Positions 15,845-24,036 of a stretch of 41,043 bases of DNA are shown here, in pieces (positions within the stretch are counted from its first letter, which is position 1; each line of letters starts with the position of its first letter). The notes below the pieces were generated by a model, which searched no databases, was not told the DNA's origin, and saw only the letters and a list, made by a program, of their open reading frames with translations. The position numbers and the translations under genes were made by a program. The stretch lies in the IMG/VR virus record IMGVR_UViG_3300021357_000001; one strand, given 5' to 3'. The DNA comes from a virus.

Positions 15845-16723
15845 ATGCCGCTTACTGATACCGCAACTGTCAACGCAACCAACATCATCCCCGAAATATG
15901 GGGGATGAAAACCATCGACACACGAGAAGCATACCTGGTCATGCCTAACCTAATGGACAGGGACTACGAGAGTGAACTGAACTCTAGGTATGGTGGGGCT
16001 GGTGATAGTGTGCGTGTGTTTGGTGTGGACAACTTCGGTGCAGCCAACACCAAGACCATAGCCACAGACGCCACCCTCCTTACTACTGAAGGTGTATTCA
16101 ATGCCGCCCTCAACATCCTGGTAGACCGGCACGCATACATGATGTTTGAGCTGGACTATGTGTTCGAGCTTCAAACACACATCCGAATGTTCGAGAAGCT
16201 AGCTAGCAAGGCTGGTTACGCTGTGGCTCTAGCAGTCGATGACACCTGCGCTGGTCTCATCGACGACTTCTCTCAGACAGTTGGTGCGCTTGGCACGCCC
16301 CTCTCTGATGAGAACGTGCGGGATGCAGTACGTCAGCTTAACGAAGCCTTCGCACCGGAAGAGAACCGCTACCTTCTCTGCTCCCCCAACCAGCAACTCG
16401 AATTTTACAACATAGACAAGTACGTGAACACCTTGTATAAGGAAGCCCTGGGGCAGTCCCTCGATACCCGAAAGTTCAAGGGCTACTTTGGCTCCCTCTA
16501 CAACATGGACTGGTATATGAGCCAGAACGTTGAGGGAAGCACTGCCCTCGGCTTCGACAATGGCATGTGGCATAGAGAGGCCCTCGCCCTCATCATCCAG
16601 GACGACATGCGCTCCGCTGTCGAGTACAACATATTACAGGACTCCACTCGATTCGTTGTCCACGCAGTATATGGCACACTGGAGATGCGTGACAACCACG
16701 GCGTGTTTATGAGGGGTGCATAA
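15845..16723 (+). CDS. Major capsid protein
   Basis: 292 aa, directly after the scaffold gene. The N-terminus NIIPEIWG is typical of phage coat proteins. Confidence 0.65.
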   Translation: MPLTDTATVNATNIIPEIWGMKTIDTREAYLVMPNLMDRDYESELNSRYGGAGDSVRVFGVDNFGAANTKTIATDATLLTTEGVFNAALNILVDRHAYMMFELDYVFELQTHIRMFEKLASKAGYAVALAVDDTCAGLIDDFSQTVGALGTPLSDENVRDAVRQLNEAFAPEENRYLLCSPNQQLEFYNIDKYVNTLYKEALGQSLDTRKFKGYFGSLYNMDWYMSQNVEGSTALGFDNGMWHREALALIIQDDMRSAVEYNILQDSTRFVVHAVYGTLEMRDNHGVFMRGA

Positions 16724-16846
16724 TGCCAGACTCCACTCGACTCAACAAACCTATGAAGCCACCCAAAGGAAGTGGGATTGCCCGCCCCACCAAGCGGCAG
16801 AAGATGGGCCGTGGCCTTCACATCGGACGACCAGGAGTATTTGGCG

Positions 16847-17389
16847 ATGGCCCACAAAAGTAAGCGTCGCACTTCCCGCCAAGTTGTGGCACGTACACCT
16901 CAGCCGCCCCCTGGCTTCTTCCTGCAAGACTTTGCGGCCCAGATTGCTAGGCTAACTCCCCAGCCCGTTACCACCACGATTATTCGGGAGGTGCTGGGGC
17001 CGGAGCGTGTAGTCTATAAGGAAGGCCCGACTGTCTACCTACCCGCCACGACTGCCACCTTCCAGACTGTGGCGGCACCAGCAGCTACCAAGCTGCCAGA
17101 AAGGCGGCCACCTGCTGCTCCAATTACCAACACAGCCTCATATGGGTCAAAGTCTTACGGTGAGGTAAGGCGTTCCTATGAACGGGGTGAAGTCAACTAC
17201 GCTGAGGCAAGAGCGGCGCAAAATCGTGAGTTTGAGCGCCTTATGCGTGAGCGAGACAGAGGAGACCGTGATGAACCCTACGAGAAAACCCGTGAACGCT
17301 ATAGTCGGGGTGAAATCAGCTATGTTGAAGCAAGAGATGCACAAGAGCGTGAATTTGAGCGCAAGATGCGTGAAGCTGGCTATTTATGA
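16847..17389 (+). CDS. Hypothetical virion protein with a C-terminal tandem 32-aa repeat
   Basis: AGGAG lies 9 nt upstream of ATG 16847; the track start GTG 16772 lacks usable spacing. The two repeats are at 17156-17251 and 17279-17374. Confidence 0.55.
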   Translation: MAHKSKRRTSRQVVARTPQPPPGFFLQDFAAQIARLTPQPVTTTIIREVLGPERVVYKEGPTVYLPATTATFQTVAAPAATKLPERRPPAAPITNTASYGSKSYGEVRRSYERGEVNYAEARAAQNREFERLMRERDRGDRDEPYEKTRERYSRGEISYVEARDAQEREFERKMREAGYL

Positions 17390-17775
17390 ACGCCGCCACA
17401 ATATGGCAGAGAGGTAATTTTACCGTGCCAATGGGATGTACTGGCCTGCGTCTTGCCCGTGCGACTGCCGATGCAAAGAACAAGTTCGCCCTCCACCTGG
17501 GTAAGCTGGGCCTCTCCGTGCTGCGTATGCTGGTCAGGCGTACACCCGCCTGGCAAGCCAGTTACCGCCCGTCCGTTGGGAAGCACGGCCACCCTCTCTA
17601 CCTGCCAACGAGTCGTGGGATGCGCCCAGACCACCCATTCTACGAACCCGACAAAGACCGCTACGTGATTGATGCGCTGTGTACACACCGACCAGTCACC
17701 CACAAAATCGAAACAGATGACCCAAAACTAATTGCTCACGGGCTGGCCCGTGGATGGAGATGGATAGATGGTTAA
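17386..17775 (+). CDS. Hypothetical protein
   Basis: 129 aa with ATGA coupling upstream and an 8-nt overlap downstream. Confidence 0.5.
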   Translation: MNAATIWQRGNFTVPMGCTGLRLARATADAKNKFALHLGKLGLSVLRMLVRRTPAWQASYRPSVGKHGHPLYLPTSRGMRPDHPFYEPDKDRYVIDALCTHRPVTHKIETDDPKLIAHGLARGWRWIDG

Positions 17776-18559
17776 GCGCCTGCTCGTTGAGCCAACAGAA
17801 GAGTATCTGCGAAAGCACTACTCCAACGTTCAGACTCTCTCTGACTTCCTTGAACTATTTAGCATGGACGTGGCGACCTGGGAAGATGACTTCATGGGCG
17901 ATGTCATACATGGTATGTACCAGGCTAGTATCTCCGGTACTGGTGCAACCAACTTCGCTATAGAGGCGGGCACGGTCAACGGTATAGCTCGGCTAACATC
18001 CGGCACCACCGATGATGGACGGTCTGACTTCAGTCTCGGTCTGCACTTCCGTGGTGACCAGAACTGTGTAATGGCATGTAGGTTCCAACTCTCCGCAGTT
18101 ACCACGGTAAAGCTAGAGGTTGGGTTTACTGATGTTATCTCTGGTACGGATGCGGGAGCGGTGAACGTACTGACTACCCCCTCATTCACTGCAACTGACT
18201 GCGCTGTGTGGTGCATTGATACCGACCTTGACGCCAACTATCGTGGGGCGAGCGTAGCAAACGGGGTTGCTGCAACCAACGTAGCCCCAGGCATCGGCCC
18301 TGTTGCCGCAACCTACGAAACGCTTATTGTTGCTCTACTCGGCAACACTGCCGCCGACCCCGACTTGTGCGAGGCTTACTACCTCCGAGCAAATGCGGAT
18401 GGTGCAATCACCTACAGGTCATCTCCCCAGCTCCTGGCCTGTCGGCCTACCGTCCTGCTAACTCCGTGGGTCTTCCTCCAGTCACGAGCCGTCTCAGCAT
18501 CCCGAAACTGTGACATAGACTACCTGCGAGTGTGGCAACGCCGCACCGCTACCTTATAG
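17768..18559 (+). CDS. Virion structural protein (beta-rich)
   Basis: 263 aa with GGAG upstream. The composition is beta-rich in Thr, Gly, Ala and Val. It lies in the structural operon. Confidence 0.55.
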   Translation: MVKRLLVEPTEEYLRKHYSNVQTLSDFLELFSMDVATWEDDFMGDVIHGMYQASISGTGATNFAIEAGTVNGIARLTSGTTDDGRSDFSLGLHFRGDQNCVMACRFQLSAVTTVKLEVGFTDVISGTDAGAVNVLTTPSFTATDCAVWCIDTDLDANYRGASVANGVAATNVAPGIGPVAATYETLIVALLGNTAADPDLCEAYYLRANADGAITYRSSPQLLACRPTVLLTPWVFLQSRAVSASRNCDIDYLRVWQRRTATL

Positions 18560-18569
18560 GAGAAATATT

Positions 18570-19211
18570 ATGCCAGATGGAATAGTCCGCCAAGATACCC
18601 TACCTGCAAACAGTGAGGGTTCCACCCCTCAGTACCGGCTAAACAGACGTGCCGAGCTAGTCACCGCATCCATGTTTGACCAGTTCCTCTTCGATGGGAG
18701 GATGTTCTGTGCCGGTGACGCTGATGAAAATGACCTCGTTACTGGTCAGGCGACCTTTGCCGCCACTACCCCCACCTTCCTGCTAGAAGTGCCTTCCGGT
18801 ACAACTGCCATGCCCCTCTGGGTGATACTCAGCCAGGCCGGAACTGTTGCGGGGGGCGTCATTGAGTGTGAAATATCCTTTGACCGTGTGGGAAGATTCT
18901 CAACAGGTGGCACCAGCGAGACCATAACCCACATGCACACAGGCCGTCCCAACTCTCCTGCCTGTCTGCTGTATAGTGGGGCCACTGCTGCCGCTGCCAC
19001 CGACGCAAGGCGAATTTTCAGTGCCTTTCTTGACCAGGATGTGACTGACCCGAACACTACAGAGTCGCTTTACTGGAGCGCAAAGCAAATGTGGGCACCG
19101 TTGTTGGTTGGCCCTGCCGCCTTCCTTGTCTTCACCGTTGGGGCTACAACTGGCCCAACCTGGGCATGGTCTATCGGCTGGCTTGAACTGCCTTCTGCAT
19201 CGGCGGACTAA
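18570..19211 (+). CDS. Virion structural protein
   Basis: 213 aa with AGGAGA upstream, in the structural operon. Confidence 0.55.
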   Translation: MPDGIVRQDTLPANSEGSTPQYRLNRRAELVTASMFDQFLFDGRMFCAGDADENDLVTGQATFAATTPTFLLEVPSGTTAMPLWVILSQAGTVAGGVIECEISFDRVGRFSTGGTSETITHMHTGRPNSPACLLYSGATAAAATDARRIFSAFLDQDVTDPNTTESLYWSAKQMWAPLLVGPAAFLVFTVGATTGPTWAWSIGWLELPSASAD

Positions 19212-19553
19212 ATGCAATACTTCACCTGGCATCTGGCTGGTGGACTAACAGCGTCCACCAGCCAGCAACATAGCTACGTGACGGTAGGGGATTTGCGCCC
19301 ACTACTAATCAACCTGTATGCGAAGACTGCTCCAGGCTCCAATGCACCCCTAACCCTCGACATCAACGACGATGGGGTGTCGATTTTCACCTTCCTTCCA
19401 AATATGTGGACGAGGGGGCCTGTCCGCTTCAGGGGCGTGTTTGTTGATGCGAGGATATTGGAAGGCTCGGTGCTAACGCTAGACATTGACCAGGTAGGCA
19501 GTCCCGAATCTGGCCGTGACCTGACAGTGCAACTGGTTTGTGAGGAGTTCTAA
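19212..19553 (+). CDS. Virion structural protein
   Basis: 113 aa, abutting the previous stop codon. Confidence 0.5.
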   Translation: MQYFTWHLAGGLTASTSQQHSYVTVGDLRPLLINLYAKTAPGSNAPLTLDINDDGVSIFTFLPNMWTRGPVRFRGVFVDARILEGSVLTLDIDQVGSPESGRDLTVQLVCEEF

Positions 19554-20263
19554 TGGCTACCCCCACATCACTCCCCCCAATATCTAGGGTCAGTGGTGCA
19601 TCCCTCGCCCTAACTATCAACCGACTCTATACCCAAAAGCCTATCTGGGCAAGAGAGGCGGAGTTTTACACTCCCGCCGAGGCACGCCTTCTCATCTGCC
19701 CCGCACTTACTGCTGCCTTCTTCTATGACGGAACAACCTACACTGACATCCGCCCCGCAGTAAGCGACCCCGATGCCCTGACCGCCACATTCAACTCCAT
19801 GCCAACAACTGGCTTCTGCTACCTCATAAGCCAGTACCAGTTCAACAGGTTTCGTATCGACGTAACCAACACGAACAGCACTGTCAGCACCATGACAGTT
19901 ACCTACTGGAACGGTTCGGCCTGGACTGGTGTCAGCAACTTCTCGGACGGTACTGCGTTGAGTAGTGCAACCCTTGGACAAGATGGTGAGGTGACTTGGG
20001 ACTTGCCTACCGACGAGGCCACGACCACCCTAACAATTAGTGGCACCCCCTTCACTGGCTGGATAATACGGTTCGCAGTAAGCGTCACACTCGATGCTAC
20101 GGTGAGCATAGACCAAATAATCCTGGGCGGTCAGGGCACCTCCTACGCCTACGTGCAACCTGGTATCCGTACATTCAACCTAGACCGTGCGGCAGGCTTT
20201 ATCTCCCTAGTTGACGCCGCCACAGCCACCGCACGAGTCTCATGGAGCGGTTATAGTGGTTAG
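19553..20263 (+). CDS. Virion structural protein
   Basis: 236 aa with TAATG coupling. Confidence 0.55.
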   Translation: MATPTSLPPISRVSGASLALTINRLYTQKPIWAREAEFYTPAEARLLICPALTAAFFYDGTTYTDIRPAVSDPDALTATFNSMPTTGFCYLISQYQFNRFRIDVTNTNSTVSTMTVTYWNGSAWTGVSNFSDGTALSSATLGQDGEVTWDLPTDEATTTLTISGTPFTGWIIRFAVSVTLDATVSIDQIILGGQGTSYAYVQPGIRTFNLDRAAGFISLVDAATATARVSWSGYSG

Positions 20264-21737
20264 AAGCGTCTCTCCATCCGAGTTGCTTCCCCGCTTCTTC
20301 CCTGACGGGACTGAGGCGGCCCCTGGTATCGCATTTGCCGCAGACAATGATAATGGGGCATACCGTGCTGCTGCCAACGACTGGCACCTGGTTGTTGCAG
20401 GGGATACAGCAATTCGGTTCACCGCCACTTCAGTTGTAGTTAATGAGGATGCGGCTGACCGAGACTTCCGCATCGAGGGTGACACCGACGCTAACCTGCT
20501 AGTTGTGGATGCGGGACTGGACTCGGTATACATTGGCATCGCCACACCCGCAGCGGGTAGTCCCAAGTTCCACGTTGCCGGAGACAGGACTGCTGCGGCC
20601 TGGAGCCTGAATGGTATTCAGGCCAGCTTCGCTGCTGCAACGTATACTGACAACTCAACCCTATCATCAGGCACCGCAGCTACCGCCGCAGCCTACAGCA
20701 TTGGCCGTCCTACCTTCGCCGCCACCAATACCCTTGTGACCATCACCGATGCCGGAACGCTGGTAATTGCTGGCGCACCAATCGCTGGTACTAACGTCAC
20801 CCTCACCAGCGCTTATAGCCTTATTGTTGACCAGGGTACTAGCAGGTTTGATGGCCCCGCCAGAGGTGAGGGCGCAACAGGCGACGCATACATTAACTTT
20901 GGTGGTACTGGGAGCGCTGTCGAACCCAACTATGCCTATACTGGAGACCTCAATACTGGACATTTCCGGCCTGCCGCAGATGTCCTGGCTACAACTACTG
21001 GTGGCGTGGAGCGTATGCGGGTTGACGCATCCGGCAACCTACTTCTAAACGCAACGGCTGTTGGCACTTCTGCCGCCCGCACCCTGGCCCTGGGCAACGC
21101 CTCCATCGTCATGCCGACACTGGCCCTCACCGATTTGGTACACTTGGGCGCAGTGGACATAGCTGCTGCGGATGCTAGGCTTGCCATCCAGTCCGAAGCT
21201 GGTAGTGTGATGTACCTGGGCAACGATGCGCTCAGGTGGGCAAGTGAAGTGGACTTGCGTAGGCTGGCTGCTGGCTCCCTTGCCTTCTACCGAATCACTG
21301 CAAGCTCATCAATAGCGAACGCAGTAGTGCCTGGTGGCACGGTTACATCTGGTGCCAAAGCGTCATGGTCAGTTTTCGGCACTGACTTTGTCGCCGACTC
21401 AACAAACTATGAAGCACTGATACTCAGGGCAGATGCGGCAACACCTGGCACCGGCCTAGTTGCCAATGCGTTCCATGTGGTGATGCGTATAGCGGGGACT
21501 GGCACAGCCCGTCCATTCATCCTGGGCCACTGGAACGGCACTACCCTCAGCGAGCACATCCGCATGAATGTGTCGGGCACAACCGCACAGTTAGGTTTTT
21601 ATGGTGCTACTCCCATATCTCAGGGTGCGTCGGTGGCCGACGCTGCCGGTGGCGCAACAATCGACGCAGAAGCCAGGACAGCAATCAATGCTCTCATCTC
21701 CAGAATAGAGGCCACCGGCTTGATAGTGACAGTTTAG
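20211..21737 (+). CDS. Tail fibre-like protein
   Basis: The N-terminus FPDGTEAAPGIAFAADNDNGAYR and the C-terminus GFYGATPISQ...INALISRIEATGLI resemble termini that recur in phage tail fibres. The middle is rich in Gly, Ala and Thr. The true start may be GTG 20256. Confidence 0.6.
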   Translation: MTPPQPPHESHGAVIVVRSVSPSELLPRFFPDGTEAAPGIAFAADNDNGAYRAAANDWHLVVAGDTAIRFTATSVVVNEDAADRDFRIEGDTDANLLVVDAGLDSVYIGIATPAAGSPKFHVAGDRTAAAWSLNGIQASFAAATYTDNSTLSSGTAATAAAYSIGRPTFAATNTLVTITDAGTLVIAGAPIAGTNVTLTSAYSLIVDQGTSRFDGPARGEGATGDAYINFGGTGSAVEPNYAYTGDLNTGHFRPAADVLATTTGGVERMRVDASGNLLLNATAVGTSAARTLALGNASIVMPTLALTDLVHLGAVDIAAADARLAIQSEAGSVMYLGNDALRWASEVDLRRLAAGSLAFYRITASSSIANAVVPGGTVTSGAKASWSVFGTDFVADSTNYEALILRADAATPGTGLVANAFHVVMRIAGTGTARPFILGHWNGTTLSEHIRMNVSGTTAQLGFYGATPISQGASVADAAGGATIDAEARTAINALISRIEATGLIVTV

Positions 21738-21743
21738 GAGTGT

Positions 21744-22037
21744 ATGGCAATTCAAATTGCATGGACTGACCAGTGGAACACCCTCTACAAACTTGGCTAC
21801 TGCCGAGTCATGGATGTCTCGGTCAACAACTTTGCCCAGCGTGCAACCGTGTCAGTCGGATATTATGGTAGTGCAGCGGAACGGGCAACACTGCCTCCCC
21901 GTGCCTCCTCTACCTTCCTCTTCGTGCAACCAGACTACACCCCACTTTTCCTCACTCCTGGCAAGACCGACGCAATCAATGCGGCATACCTGGCCCTGAA
22001 GGGCCTGACCGAGTTTTCAACTGGAGTGGATGTATGA
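21744..22037 (+). CDS. Hypothetical protein
   Basis: 97 aa with AGGAG upstream. Confidence 0.55.
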   Translation: MAIQIAWTDQWNTLYKLGYCRVMDVSVNNFAQRATVSVGYYGSAAERATLPPRASSTFLFVQPDYTPLFLTPGKTDAINAAYLALKGLTEFSTGVDV

Positions 22038-22363
22038 GGTATATTCCTGACCTGCCTTATCTGGACTGGCGTGGACAGACCGCCTTTGGTGACGATGGGC
22101 AGCAGTTCACTTGGCCCAAGGCCCTATTCACCATCGCCAACGCCTACACTCCGATGGCGCAGTTTGAACTCCGTGGGGACGAGATGCGCCAGTTCAACAA
22201 GGCGATGGACGCACTAGAAACGGGATGTGGACTTGAGGATGCTTGGTTCAACACCCTAGTACGTGTGGTAGACTATTTCTCCACCAAAATGCCGTTTTGG
22301 TGTCGGAGCGGGCCTGCCATATCCGAGTTTCTTTCTGCCTGTCCGTGCGAGAAGCCGGAGTGA
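22034..22363 (+). CDS. Hypothetical protein
   Basis: 109 aa with ATGA coupling. Confidence 0.55.
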   Translation: MRYIPDLPYLDWRGQTAFGDDGQQFTWPKALFTIANAYTPMAQFELRGDEMRQFNKAMDALETGCGLEDAWFNTLVRVVDYFSTKMPFWCRSGPAISEFLSACPCEKPE

Positions 22364-22590
22364 GCAAGCTCACACCACACCTCTCCATGTTCGCCATTGT
22401 GGGGGCATGGAACTTTGTTTACGTGGCTGCGGTGCGCACCTCTGTAGACCAGTCGTTGCTGGCAGTACCAACGACACTTGCCATAGTCGGATTCTGGTTC
22501 GCAGGGACGAGGCTGTGTCGTGACTGGTGGTTGTTGCCAGCCGCACTTGTAGGTGGGGCCATCGGTACTTTCTTAGGGATTAAGGTATGA
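22360..22590 (+). CDS. Small three-TM membrane protein (holin candidate)
   Basis: GTG 22360 overlaps the previous TGA; an alternative ATG lies at 22387. There are three hydrophobic segments: FAIVGAWNFVYVAAV, LAVPTTLAIVGFWFAG and WLLPAALVGGAIGTFLGI. Confidence 0.5.
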   Translation: MSKLTPHLSMFAIVGAWNFVYVAAVRTSVDQSLLAVPTTLAIVGFWFAGTRLCRDWWLLPAALVGGAIGTFLGIKV

Positions 22591-22748
22591 AGGTCGTACA
22601 GCCCACCATCTCTCTTGCCGCAATAGCTGGCCTGGTTGTGCTAGAGATAGTGGCTATACGCTCAGGGATGGATGGTGTGCTATTTAGCGCAGTTGTTGCG
22701 CTGATTGGATTGATTGCGGGCGTAAACTTGAGAGGCAGGAATGGGTAG
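22587..22748 (+). CDS. Small two-TM membrane protein (53 aa)
   Basis: Not in the ORF track. It has an ATGA overlap upstream and an 8-nt overlap with the next gene. Translation is MKVVQPTISLAAIAGLVVLEIVAIRSGMDGVLFSAVVALIGLIAGVNLRGRNG. Confidence 0.45.
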   Translation: MKVVQPTISLAAIAGLVVLEIVAIRSGMDGVLFSAVVALIGLIAGVNLRGRNG

Positions 22749-24036
22749 GACTCGTGCACAGCTCCGTGACTCGGTGGTGAGGAAGTTGGGCCTCCCCCTC
22801 ATCTCCGGCACCTCCAACTCATCCGGCAATACCACCACGCTTCTCGACGACGATGACGTGCTGGCACGCTACGCAGACGATGCACTAATTGGGATGTGGT
22901 TGTATGATGAGGTGCCCAGCACCCCCGTCGACTCCGTAATTACCGATTCGGCCCAGGCAACAGGGGTAACCTTCCGGCCCGCAGCAGCCGCGGCCCCTAA
23001 CAGCGAGGCGTATGAGGTACTCCCTTTCTCTGCTTCCGCTATCCACTCTGCCATTGACGATACGCTACTTTATCTCTTTGATACTGGGCTGCTGGTGCGA
23101 GAGTTCTGGATTGGTGGAGTGACAGGCTCTCCCATCTACAACTCAATGTTCGACTATTGGACTACCTCCACTGCCTGTCATGGCTGGACGAGTACCGGCT
23201 CAATGAACCGCCAGCAGGGTGCCGCAGTCAAATGGACTGGCGAGCAGGTGGCAAGGGTTGCCAACATCGGTGCGACGCACTCGCTTGACCCGACATGGCG
23301 GCGCTTCCTGACCGACCTTGCTGGACAGACCATTAGATTGCGGGCTTGGTGCAATACTGCCACCGCATCAACCTTACGCATCCAAATTGTTGGTGCAGCC
23401 ACAAGCTCATCACCCTACCACTCCGGCGATGGGGAGTGGGAAATGCTTGAGATACAAGCCACACTCGCCGTAACTGACCTGGACTGGATACCACGTATCA
23501 CTACTGGTGACATTGCAACTCAGGACGTAGGGGAGATTTGGATTGACTCAGGGTACGTGCCTGCCGAGCACCCCATCCCCATCGCACTCATGCCTGGCGG
23601 CCCAACTGCCATCTATCTCTCTCACATGCCAGTCAACATAACGGATAGGAAGGCAGAAGTACGCCCGTCAAGGCTACACCCCTGGCACCACTGGCGCTGG
23701 CAACGCTACCACGACCAGAACGCCGATGTGGAATTTGGTACAATTATTTGGACTGAGCGCCCACCCCCAGGTATGCGTATGTGGGTGATGGGTAGTGGCC
23801 CGCTTACCCTCCCCACCTCCACCACAACCATTGTCGAGGTGAATCAGAGTGAAGCCGAACTCATTGCGAACATGGTTGCACTGAGGCTACTTGAGTTGCA
23901 GATGGGTGCACTGCCCGCTTCTGGCAAGTCTGCTCTTGCCGACAGGATAGCCAGACTTCAGCGGGACGCATCCATACTGGCCGAGGGATTTGGTGCAAGG
24001 ACAAGAACCGCATCGCTCCCTAGGCAGTGGCCCTAA
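22741..24036 (+). CDS. Tail protein
   Basis: 431 aa with GAGAGG upstream, in the tail part of the structural operon. Confidence 0.55.
   Translation: MGRTRAQLRDSVVRKLGLPLISGTSNSSGNTTTLLDDDDVLARYADDALIGMWLYDEVPSTPVDSVITDSAQATGVTFRPAAAAAPNSEAYEVLPFSASAIHSAIDDTLLYLFDTGLLVREFWIGGVTGSPIYNSMFDYWTTSTACHGWTSTGSMNRQQGAAVKWTGEQVARVANIGATHSLDPTWRRFLTDLAGQTIRLRAWCNTATASTLRIQIVGAATSSSPYHSGDGEWEMLEIQATLAVTDLDWIPRITTGDIATQDVGEIWIDSGYVPAEHPIPIALMPGGPTAIYLSHMPVNITDRKAEVRPSRLHPWHHWRWQRYHDQNADVEFGTIIWTERPPPGMRMWVMGSGPLTLPTSTTTIVEVNQSEAELIANMVALRLLELQMGALPASGKSALADRIARLQRDASILAEGFGARTRTASLPRQWP

Noticed and set aside
16723-16863. 46-aa ORF whose ATG overlaps the capsid gene stop (MPDSTRLNKPMKPPKGSG...)
   Set aside because: It overlaps the better-supported start of the next gene (AGGAG, then ATG 16847), and only the TAATG overlap supports it. 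I left it unannotated.
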